Shown: positions 10,886 through 21,314 of the stretch, piece after piece | Numbering within the stretch: position 1 is the stretch's first letter | Layout: each line of letters opens with the position of its first letter | From: Fimicolochytrium jonesii | Taxonomy: Eukaryota | DNA: 64,000 nucleotides | NCBI RefSeq assembly: GCF_025526975.1 | Contig: NW_026515678.1 | Span: forward strand, 186,001 to 250,000 | Reading direction: 5' to 3' | Notes under the pieces: model-generated | Told to the model about the DNA's origin: nothing | Databases searched by the model: none | Seen by the model: only the letters and a program-made list of their open reading frames with translations | Made by a program: the position numbers and the translations under genes

Positions 10886-11794
10886 ATGCCAGTGCCCTAC
10901 AACCTCCGCAACCGCGAATCCCTCAGAGCCCAACGCAGCTCCGCGCGCACTCATTCCACCAACCCACACACCCAATTCGAAATCAAAGTCGAGAACCTCG
11001 TCGAATCCGCCCTCCAACCCACCCTCCACGCCGAAGCACAGAAAACCGTTCCAGTGCGCCAACACGTCCGGCCCGACATCGTCGTCCGCGAGAACCGCAC
11101 GGGCAAAGCGAAATTGGTGATTGATGCGAAGAATTATGCGGGCACCATCCCGGTTGCGGAGGTAGAGAAGCTGGCGGGGGATATGAGGGTTGTTGGGGCG
11201 GCGAGGGGCGTGCTGTATGTTGCGGAGGGGGCGGGTGTGTCGGTGAGGACGGAGGAGGTTGCGAGGAGGGCGGGTATTGCGATTGTGCGGGATGGAAGGG
11301 AGGGGAGACGGATGCTGGCGGGGATGGTGGTGGAGGCGGGCGGCGGGAGGGATGGCAGTGGTGTTGCGATCTTTGCGGGGGGACATGACTCGCCCGATCT
11401 GCGAGTCGCAGCAGGACGAGACGTGGAGTCGAGAGGGAGAACGGCCGCTGGTCCTCTGAAGAAGGACGGCACACCCGATATGCGATATGCAGTGAACAAA
11501 GCGGCTTACGGCGGGACGAAAAGCTCGAACGCCGTCGCAGGGCGTCTGACAACGGAAGATCCTCTCGATTCGCGGTACGCCGCGAACAGAGCCCCATACA
11601 GCGGATCGGAACACATTTCAATCCCACCTCATCAGTCGAATCTCAACCCCGGCGCCGCACCGTCGAAATACGAACTTGACGAAACACGCTACACATCAAG
11701 AGAAGCCAAGCATGGCGGTCATCTGAAAAAGATGTTCCGACGCATCAAGTCGTGGCGGCGATCGCTGAGGAAAGACCGCGGAACGGACGTATGA
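10886..11794 (+). CDS. Mrr-like PD-(D/E)xK restriction-endonuclease-fold protein with C-terminal KKDGTPDMRY-type motifs
   Basis: FE.KV.NL (motif I), RPDIVV (II), LVIDAKNY (III), then EVEKLAGDM, AARGVLYV and EVARRAGIAIV: the motif order of Mrr_cat-type nucleases. Intronless, 302 aa. Confidence 0.8.
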   Translation: MPVPYNLRNRESLRAQRSSARTHSTNPHTQFEIKVENLVESALQPTLHAEAQKTVPVRQHVRPDIVVRENRTGKAKLVIDAKNYAGTIPVAEVEKLAGDMRVVGAARGVLYVAEGAGVSVRTEEVARRAGIAIVRDGREGRRMLAGMVVEAGGGRDGSGVAIFAGGHDSPDLRVAAGRDVESRGRTAAGPLKKDGTPDMRYAVNKAAYGGTKSSNAVAGRLTTEDPLDSRYAANRAPYSGSEHISIPPHQSNLNPGAAPSKYELDETRYTSREAKHGGHLKKMFRRIKSWRRSLRKDRGTDV

Positions 11795-12196
11795 GACGAA
11801 GCCGGACTGATAAAATTTCTTACTCCGAGATATACCCTTTGCTGTATTGCAACATATACCCTTTGACCGTGTTCGGCAATGACACTTCGGGCTTCCGTTT
11901 GTGCTGTTCTCACGCCTTTTGTTACCTATTACCCGGCAGACTGGAAATACACAGTGCGAGCTGCCTAGCACGGTGAAAGCGAATGCGCGAAAGGGGCGGC
12001 CATCTGCTCGTCCATGATGGAGGTGGGCAATTGCCTGTGTATGTTACGGGACAGTGCTGGCATCTCGACAACCATCCACCGCGTCCTATCAAGTCAATTC
12101 TCATCTCCTAGTTGCGACTTGAAGTTCGGCCTGATATGCAATCCCCTTCTGGCCATGCATTGCATGATTCTGGTTCAAAAAGTCCTTTACATCAGT

Positions 12197-12940
12197 CTAC
12201 TTCGAATCCTCCAGACCAAGGTACCGAATAGCTGAGCTCCTCACCAACCTCCCACCCGCCTCAATTCCCACACCAGCAGGAAGCGGCTCCCCATCCCCCA
12301 GCGCAACATCCACAACCGATTTGGCAAGCTGCTCCGCCGGCGACACCATCGACGGTAACGCCAGATTCAATATCGGCGCCAACGCGTTGAAAGCCACCCT
12401 CTTGCCGAAAGAAATAGGCCTGTGTGTCCCCACCACCATCCCCGGCCGGACGTTATACACCCGCAACGCAGCAAGATCCGGCGCCGAAGCCGGCAACGCC
12501 AACAACGCCTTCTCAGCGCGCCCTTTGACGTTCCCAAACAGCGTCCATGCCCGCTCGTCCATGTCCGCCCCCTCGCCAGAAATGTAGGTAAAAATAAACG
12601 GCTTCTCCCCGTTCAACTTTGCAAAAGCCTTGGCCGCCGCAAGAGGGTAATCATGCGTGATCCGCACATACTCCTCCTTCCCGACATCGTTCTGACTCAC
12701 GCCCAACGCAAAGATGCACGCGCGGGCGCCAGCGAGGGTGGCGATACATTCGGGCGTGTAGCGGTCGAAATCGTCGTGGAGAATGAGGTTGGCTTTTGTT
12801 GCATCGACGCCTGGGCCGGTGGGGAGGGGGAATGGGCGCCGGGAGAGGATGGAGACGCGGGTGATGGATGGGGTAACGAGGCAGCGACGGAGGATGGGGA
12901 AACCGACGTTGCCGCTGGCCCCGGTGAGGATGATGTGCAT
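12197..12940 (-). CDS. Atypical SDR / NAD(P)-binding Rossmann protein (TIP30/YbjT-like)
   Basis: IILTGASGNVG nucleotide-binding motif, YVRITHDYPLAAA, FTYISGEGAD, VKGRAEKAL and YNVRPG. Confidence 0.9.
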   Translation of the reverse strand: MHIILTGASGNVGFPILRRCLVTPSITRVSILSRRPFPLPTGPGVDATKANLILHDDFDRYTPECIATLAGARACIFALGVSQNDVGKEEYVRITHDYPLAAAKAFAKLNGEKPFIFTYISGEGADMDERAWTLFGNVKGRAEKALLALPASAPDLAALRVYNVRPGMVVGTHRPISFGKRVAFNALAPILNLALPSMVSPAEQLAKSVVDVALGDGEPLPAGVGIEAGGRLVRSSAIRYLGLEDSK

Positions 12941-14084
12941 GATCGTGTAGGGGCTGGCCTGCGACCTAACTTATGAGTTCGGGAATGGCTCTTTCTGTAC
13001 TTTATGCAGTCCGGAATGTCGCCGTGCGGGGCGACACCTCAATCGAGCCGGGATGGGGGATTCACCTGGAAGCTCTCCTCCTGGCCAAGCCGAGGAATTG
13101 ATTGCTGTCGTTCGCACAACGAGTTATACCAGGTCCCGTAAGACTTTGCCACGTATGCCGGCGCATCATTTCTCACCATCCCAGAACTCATAGTAACGTG
13201 GCATCCTCATCGTTGCTGCGCGCATGACCGGCTACAGTCAGCACCACCCCACAGCTCCAATCTCCTCATCCCCTCACTTCGCTCGCATGTCATCTTCGTT
13301 CGACCATTTCCGTTCCACGATCTGCCCCGTCGTCAGGCGTTCGCCAATTCACTCATGAGATGGGAAGATCGTCACGCATTGGCAATCCCTCACAAGACAT
13401 CTGCTACCTTCGTCGATAGAATTCTCATCCGTCGCTCATCGTCCAGGCACGTTGTGGGATTAGCCCCATACGGAGCTTACTCTAAAAATTGGTACGGTCT
13501 CATCTGCACAACGCCATTTACAACTTTCATATTTTCTTCCTTTATTTTATAAGTTTCCCATTCCTTTTTCAAGGACGTGGGAGGGTTGACAAAAAATAGG
13601 GTTTAGCCCACTTTGGGTGAAGCTCCGGCTCAGAAGGGGTTAGTAAAAGGCGAATCCCTTATTTGTTCAGTCGAAACTCCGTGGGCGGTTGAAGAAAATG
13701 GAAGCAGGATGCGGGAGTGCGGGCCTTTTTATAGGCAACAGCCGAGGAGTGCGACTGCGCCACATGTCACGTGAAGCGCACGTGAGGAGTGGATGGATCC
13801 TTAGAGTTCTGTGTGTCATCCCTTGTTTTGCAGCGTGTTTGTTTGTTTGGGTGTGCGAGCCGGCGGCCGATTGTTTGGTTCCCCCTTGCCTCCTGGGCGG
13901 ACAATCAGAACGGCCCGCTTTCCCCACACAAGAAATCCGAGTCGTATAAGAACCAGTGAGCGATTTATGCGCCGTCTTCCCTCCATAACTCAACCCACCC
14001 TTTTTTAACACCTCCCAACACAACACAACACAACAATCTCCGCACACCAAATCCCCTCTAAGCCCCAAAACTCTTATCGTCAAC

Positions 14085-14844
14085 ATGTTCTCCACTCAAT
14101 CCCTCGTCGCCCTGACTCTCGCCGTCGTCGCCGCTGCCGGCGTGCAAGCCCAGTCCACCTCCACGGCATCTCTCACCGCCGCCTGCGCCAACCTCTCCGC
14201 TCTGCCCGCTTGCGACGTGTTTGCCTCATGCACAACCCAAGCCATGACCACGGGCGTCTGCAACCCCGACAACCTTCTCGCTTCCCTCTGCGCCGACCCC
14301 GCCGGAGCGGCCGCAGCCCAGTGCACGCCTAAGCCTGCTGGAACGCCCGTTCCGACCCTGTTGAGCGCGAGGAATGCGACGAGTGTTGTTGCGGCGCTTT
14401 GCATGGCGATGCCGGATATGAAGGATTGCCAGGGTGCGGATGCGTGCCCGGCTGCTGATGCGGCGACGGGTGTTGCGAAATGCAAGGCGTTGACGCAGGC
14501 TGGAAGGCTGTGCTTGGACATGCCGACTATGAAGGATGTAAGCATTTTGCGAGTCTCATATTGCGCCTTCTCGGTTCCATCTCGATGTCCGCAATTGCTC
14601 ACACTCCCTCTTTATCCCTTAGTGCGCACCGATCCTCGCCTTCTGCTCAGCGTCCAACAAGCTCGGCCCATACTGTGGAGCCGTCGCCGCAGGCAGTGCC
14701 ACCAACACTACCTCCTCTGCCTCGCTCGCGCCCGCGTCCACGACGGCGCCGGCCGCTGGCAAGACGTCAGGCGCCATGGTTGCCAGTGCCAGTACCGGCA
14801 TTGTTGCCGCTGCGGGAGCTATGATTGCCTACGCTTTGTTGTAA
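14085..14844 (+). CDS. Secreted, probably GPI-anchored Cys-rich protein with CxxMPxMxxC repeats (2 exons; intron 14538-14622)
   Basis: Signal peptide MFSTQSLVALTLAVVAAAGVQA. Repeats LCMAMPDMKDC and LCLDMPTMKD|C. Ser/Thr/Ala stalk and hydrophobic C-terminus GIVAAAGAMIAYALL*. Confidence 0.8.
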
Positions 14845-15881
14845 ATGTAGTTTTTAGACCGAACCCACGGCGTATGAGACACTCTTTCGCATTTTCCCTG
14901 AAGCGTTAGGATTACTTTTTCTTTGGCCGTTTGTAAATACATGTTCATGCACCCGTAACGACGAATAATCGTGCTCTCTCTCTCTTCAAAGCTTCATCAA
15001 CGGCTTGCTGCGAGATTTGCAGTTGGGAGCTCAGAGAGCACAAGTCACGTGGGCGGAGCGTGGACGACACCAAACGAGGCTCCTTTCTGGCGTTTCACCA
15101 ATCATGGGAGTAGGGAAAACCGCACAACAAGAGCGCGGAGTCATCACCGTTGGACAGCCTGTAACTTTTTTCCATGTCCATTTGGTAGTACTATATATAT
15201 ACAGTATACGAGGAGTGATGATGAGCGTAAAGCAAAGGAGAGGAAAAGGGGGAGGGACGAGCGTTTGCCCGGACAAGTGCGTTTCGAGATAGACAAAGAG
15301 ACACTGCACTGCACCCGCCCGCCACCCTTGTGTGTGGTATTGTTCGCAGTACCGGGCGGATCCGCCTTTTCCCTGGGGGTTGAAGCGAGAGTCTCGCTGT
15401 GGGCCGTTGAACGCGCACGCGAAAAAAGGAAAGGCGAAGGAAAGGCCAACTCCCACTTCCCAACAAGCTTACATCAACCCGCTGCACATAACTGCTCTCG
15501 CTGTCGCCAACCGGTCCGACCTTGTCCGTCGGCACTCCCTTCCTCCTTCGACCCCACTACGATTTCACCCCCGCTGGCCGAGGGTCCTTTTCAACTCCCG
15601 CTCGACGAAGAAAGCGGACGGATAGCGCTTTTCACAGCAGCCAGGGTTCTTAACTTGTCTCCGTAGTCGGAATACGCAAGATAGGCACTTCTGCGTCTTC
15701 TTTGTCAACAGGTATGTCCGGTTTCGATATTGAGCTTATTGGGCTTTTGCGAATTGCGAAGGAAGGAAGAATACGCACGGAATGCGTTCACGCAATTCGG
15801 GGCGATGCATGCAAAGACTACACCGAGACCCAAACGCAGGTGCTAACATTCACCTATCCCTCACCCCCAGCCGCCCTAACC

Positions 15882-17521
15882 ATGTCAGCAATGTCCGACA
15901 TCGGAGGCCAGCTAAACCACCTCCACCTCAACTCCCCCCATTCCACGCCCTCCCCCTCCGGCCACTCCTCCCCGCACACCCAACCACACACCCCCCAACA
16001 ACTCCCGCAACCCATCACCCGCGGCGATGCCCGCGGTCTCGCCCTCTCCGATTTCGTCATGCTCAAAACCCTCGGCACCGGGACGTTCGGGAGGGTGTAT
16101 TTGACGAGATATAGGGACACGGACCGCTTTTATGCGATGAAGGTGTTGAGCAAGAAGGATGTGGTGAGGTTGAAGCAGGTAGAGCATATTAATAGTGAGA
16201 AGAATATTTTGTCAAGGATTGATCATCCGTTTTTGGTTACGATGTAAGTATGACGGATGAGTGTGAGGTGGGAGAAGTGGGAGTGAGTAAATAGGGGAAG
16301 CGGAAGTGACGGAGGAACGAGTAATGCGAACGACAGTGAGCAGGGAGCAGGGAAGAAAGCCACACTGCATGAAGAAGGGCTAGAGTTCGATTGTTCGCAC
16401 CGGAGAGATGCTGTGCGAGCGACAGAGATTGGGAATTGGATGGGCCGGAGGACGAGAAGGAAGTACGGCTACAATGCTCGGTGCTAACTAGAATACCTTT
16501 CTTTCTTCAGGGACTGCACATTTCAAGATGATCGGAACCTGTATATGCTCCTAGAATACGTCGTTGGAGGAGAGCTGTTTTCGCATCTGCGGCGGGCAGG
16601 ACGGTTCAGCAATGACATGACACGGTTCTACGCTGCCGAGATTGTGCTGGCGATCGAGTACCTTCACAGTATGGATATCATTTACCGCGATTTGAAGCCG
16701 GAGAATTTGGTATGGTATTGAGATGGGCTTGCTTTGGTACAAGGGCGCGGAAAGGCGGCCTCGTGGATCCGGAGCTAACCGGATTCTGCTCAACACTAGC
16801 TTCTGGATAATCGGGGTGACATCAAAATAACAGACTTCGGATTCGCCAAGGAGGTCCAGGACAGGTATGCCGAATTTTCCTCTGTCTGGGGCCCTTCGTG
16901 CCACCTGCTCACGCGGACTTCCCCTATTCACAGGACATGGACATTATGCGGCACACCCGAATACCTCGCCCCCGAAATAATCCAATCAAAAGGCCACGGC
17001 AAAGCCGTCGACTGGTGGGCCCTCGGCATCCTCATCTTCGAGATGCTCGCCGGCTATCCCCCGTACTTCGACGACAACCCCTTCGGCATCTACGAGAAAA
17101 TCCTCACCGGCCGCCTCAGCTTCCCGCCTTACTTCGACCCCGCCGCAAAAGACCTCATCAAAAAACTGCTCGCCCCCGATCGGACGAAACGGTTAGGCAA
17201 CCTCCGTGGCGGCGCCGATGACGTCAAGCAGCATAAGTGGTTTAGGGGCGTGGATTGGGCGACGTTGTTGGCGAAACAGGTGCCGTGCCCGATTGTGCCG
17301 AGTGTCGCGGGGCCGGGGGATACGAGACATTTTGAGACGTATCCGGAGGTGGAGGAGGAGGAGTCGGATGGGATGGATCCGTTTGGACATTTGTTTAGGG
17401 TGAGTTCCTGCAACCTCTTTCCTGAGAGCTTTTTCCGTCGAATCCCTTGATTCGGCCAGAGGGTCCTTTCCATTTATGTCGGACCGACGCTAACCCGCCC
17501 TTTCTTCCGTAGGGCTTCTGA
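15882..17521 (+). CDS. pkaC: cAMP-dependent protein kinase catalytic subunit (5 coding exons; 5' UTR intron about 15712-15870)
   Basis: [92 protein letters not shown]-terminal FxxF (LFRGF*). Confidence 0.96.
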
Positions 17522-17938
17522 GCACCCAAAAAGTGACACTCTCAATTCGCCCCAGTGCACCGACATCGATCGAAATATGCTCCACGCGCTTCTACCCCAC
17601 ATATCGCCAGGCGACTTTGATGTCGGCGACTGGTTGAGACATGGGGCTGCTGTCATGAGCGGATCGGAACCGATCAAGGACTTATCAACGCATTGTGAGA
17701 ACCCATGACACACACACCATCAAACCCACCACCACGCATCGCACACGCACCACGCACGCACCACGCACCACACAGGGCACATCCCACATCTATTTATTCA
17801 TTCCACCTCCCCGTTGCTACTTACATTTGCACGCTGCCACTTTCTTGTTCATTTTCTTGTATCTTCTGCTACGTTCCCCCACTCCCCCGACAAACGACGT
17901 ATTTGTACATCCGCCATCGCGCGCGTATGAAGGCACAT

Positions 17939-17957
17939 ACACACACACACACACACA
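17939..17957. repeat. (AC)n microsatellite in the PKA 3' region
   Basis: ACACACACACACACACACA. Confidence 0.85.
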
Positions 17958-18911
17958 ACCGGTTTTGGGTCTACACACTATAGATTTTTCCTTTGTTGTT
18001 TGAATGATATGGCGTGGGGTTAGAGACACTTAACGTGTGCGATGATGGAGTTTCGGCAGAGTTTTTCGCACGGCGGCGGAAGAGGCGAATTTGGATGGAA
18101 TCCCACGCTACGTCAAGGGTTGTATCATTCCGGCCGAAGAAAGCGGAGTCGGTGCCGGGGCTGGACGATGGCCGGGGTATCCCCCTCCGGTGTTTGTGCA
18201 GGGGTGCGAGCGCAGATTTGCCGCGCCCATGTCTGTAGACGGATCGATGTTCGTGGGTCAGTAGGCAGGGACAAATGGGGACGTGTTTGGATAACGAACA
18301 AACCCCTCCCATGTGGATGCATGCGGGAGAATCGTCCTGCTCAGGGCAACCCGGGGCCGAACACCGAGCCGTGCACCCGCCCACTTCGTAGTAATTCGAG
18401 GCGGGGCGTATCCGGACTTCCATTCCAAGTCCTCGTTGTGCAGTACAGTACTTCTCTCGACTCCACACTCAATACAGTATGTACATCATCGCGGGTTCGA
18501 AGATGCTCGATCTTACGGGGAAAGATGGGACGAGGCCGGCTAAGGATAGGCCGGAGGCGGATGCTCCCCCCCGCTCCATGGCGCGAAACTCGGGGGTAGC
18601 ATCATCGCCTGGGAGGGACTTGTTGGCCGCTGCGATGCGATGCGGGATAGAGATTCGAAGGTTGGGGTTTCAAAGAAGTTACTGTATGAGGCTTCCCCTC
18701 ATAACGCGACGCGTTGGGAAGGCGACTCCTCCTTCGTTTAGTTTTGGTTGAGAGCCTGACTTGACTCATGAACAACTCTGGTCGTGAAAGGGTGGGTAAA
18801 CCCGAATGTATTGGCCCTGGTGCATCTAAAATCTACAGCTCATCCCAGGTGTCTTAGCCCCTATGTCGGCACCCATTTCAATCTCGTTCCCGGCCCACTT
18901 ATTTTCCCACT

Positions 18912-20123
18912 CTACTTGGCATGCTCCTTCCTAAACTCCTCCATAAACGCCACCAACGCCCTCACACCCTCCAAGCTCATCGCGTTATACAGACTCGCCC
19001 TCATCCCGCCGACACTCCGATGTCCCTTCAACTGCACCATCCGTCTCTCCTCCGCGCGTTTCGCAAACTCCTTCTCCAACCCCTCGCTCGGCTTGCCCGT
19101 CGCCGGATCATTGACCCGGAACGGCACGTTCATCCTGCTCCGCCATGTGCGGTTCACCGGGCACGTGTAAAACCCTTCCGAGGCGTCGATGGCGGTGTAC
19201 AGGAGGGTTGATTTCTGGTGGTTGAGTTGCTGCATGGCTGGGAGGCCGCCGACGGTGGTGAGGAGCCAGTGGAAGACGAGGTTGGAGATGTAGATGGCGT
19301 AGGTCGGGGGCGTGTTGTACATGGAGTTATTATCCGCGTAGGTCTTGAAGTCAAGCATGAGGGGGACGGTGAGGGTGTGGTTGACATTCTGGGCGTTGCC
19401 GATCAAGTCGCGCCGGATGATGACGACGGTGACGCCTGCGGGCCCGATGTTCTTCTGCGCGCCGGCGAAGATCACGGCGTATTTGGACACGTCGATCCGG
19501 CGGGAGAGGATGTTGGAGGACATGTCGCAGATGACGGGGACGGAGGGGTCGATTCCGGCCGGTGGGCGGGCGACGTCGCAGCCTTCGGGGACGGGAAATT
19601 CGACGCCGTGCACCGTCTCATTGTCGCAGTAATACACGTAGGCGGCTTTCTCGGCCGGTGTGAAGTTCCATTCCGCGGTGGGGGGGACGTTCCCGTCATG
19701 GTTTGTCTTTTTGGTGTTGATGACGGCGTTGACGGGTACACCCAACCTTTGCGCCTCCTGCATCGCTTTCTCGCTCCACCCGCCCGTGACGATATAATCC
19801 CCCACCTTCCCCGTATCCTTCCCCGGGAACAAATTGTACACCACACTGCTAAACTGAGTGGTAGCACCCCCTTGCATCCACAGCACGGCGTGGGTGGGGG
19901 GTATATCCAGCAGTTGGCGGAACTGACGCTCGGCGTCGGCGAGGATGGACTCGAACTCGGGCGAGCGGTGGGAGAGCTCCATGACGGACATGCCGCTGTT
20001 GTTCCAGTTAGGGAGCTCGCGCGCGGCTTGCTCGAGCACGGGGAGGGGCATGACGCCGGGGCCGGCCGAGAAGTTCCAGACGTTGCGCCCGGGGGGTGGT
20101 GGGGCGGGTTGGGCGTTGGACAT
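18912..20123 (-). CDS. SER1: Phosphoserine aminotransferase
   Basis: NFSAGP, SVMELSHRS, NETVHGVEF, DMSSNILSR, FAGAQKNIGPAG (PLP lysine), YNTPP and GHRSVGGMRASLYNA. Intronless, 403 aa. Confidence 0.98.
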   Translation of the reverse strand: MSNAQPAPPPPGRNVWNFSAGPGVMPLPVLEQAARELPNWNNSGMSVMELSHRSPEFESILADAERQFRQLLDIPPTHAVLWMQGGATTQFSSVVYNLFPGKDTGKVGDYIVTGGWSEKAMQEAQRLGVPVNAVINTKKTNHDGNVPPTAEWNFTPAEKAAYVYYCDNETVHGVEFPVPEGCDVARPPAGIDPSVPVICDMSSNILSRRIDVSKYAVIFAGAQKNIGPAGVTVVIIRRDLIGNAQNVNHTLTVPLMLDFKTYADNNSMYNTPPTYAIYISNLVFHWLLTTVGGLPAMQQLNHQKSTLLYTAIDASEGFYTCPVNRTWRSRMNVPFRVNDPATGKPSEGLEKEFAKRAEERRMVQLKGHRSVGGMRASLYNAMSLEGVRALVAFMEEFRKEHAK

Positions 20124-21314
20124 GATGTGATAGGTTTGCTAGTAAAAGAAGTGGAAGTCAGAGGCCTGTGCACTTTGGCAGACGACCAAAGGGTCGTCTA
20201 CGGCCGAGAACACCGAGAGATCAACCCTCTTCTTGCCCAGAATTCACCCCAATCCTCCGACAACCGCCTTCTCCAACATCCCTACCCCTCTCCACTCAGC
20301 ACTCGAGCCGGAGTCCCACATAACAAGTCGCTCTTCCCCCCAACCTCCTAACCCCACATATCAAGGCATCCTCCCCCCATCGCCCTCCGCTCCTTCTCGC
20401 AGACGACCACACGGCCCACTGGGCCCCTGACAGTACTTAGTAGTAGATGGCTTACCAGACTGGCTGCAGTGGGTGAGAATAAGGCGGAATGGAGATGTGC
20501 TGGTGGATGTGTCGAATGCCGGTGGCGGGTCCTTATAGTCCCATCTCCGACTTCTGAGCCGTTGCCCACTCGCCCCCCAAACCGCGCGCGTTTGTTCGCA
20601 TTCAGTGACGCATCCGACTCACACGATACTTGTAGGGACCGACCACCCCGCATACACAAACCACTGTACAACCACGCTCTCAGAATATGGCTCCCAAACG
20701 GCGTCTACCCCTCATAGCCCACACATCATAAGCTTCTTTGGTTCGGAAGTTCGATTGATTTTTTGAGAGGGAGTAAAAGATGGGTAAATGACGCGGGGAA
20801 GGGAAGGGGGGTGCGTGATGGAGGAAGGAAGGGATGTTTGCGGGTAGGGCATGGGGAAAGGCATGTGATAGGGGCAAGACAGCTGGGATGGGATGGGAGA
20901 GACGGCGGCTGGACGGGATGGGAGGTAGGGAAGGGAGAGGAGAGAGAGATGCTTTGGATGTGGGGAGGGAGGCGAGCGGGAAAGAGACGGTGGAATTTTC
21001 GGGTGTAAGACGGGATGTTGCAGGTCGGAGGTTGAGGAGTGGTGCAAGGGCGGGCTACGATAGTGACAGACGACCGGGGAATAGATCGTATCGAATGGTG
21101 TCGGGGTCATAAAGGCGGATGGGAAGCGGATAGTGGTGATGGTGGGTCGCAGTAACAGAATAGCGAATCAGTCGGGGTAAAGGGTGAGCGACACCCGCCT
21201 ATTGGGAAACACATAAATCAAAGGCGGGTTGTCTCGTCGCGTCGTAAATTGCGAGGGGTGTGTGGGTGTAGGACATAGCGGCAATGTGCGGTTGTTGTGA
21301 TGTCGCTCTCGCCC

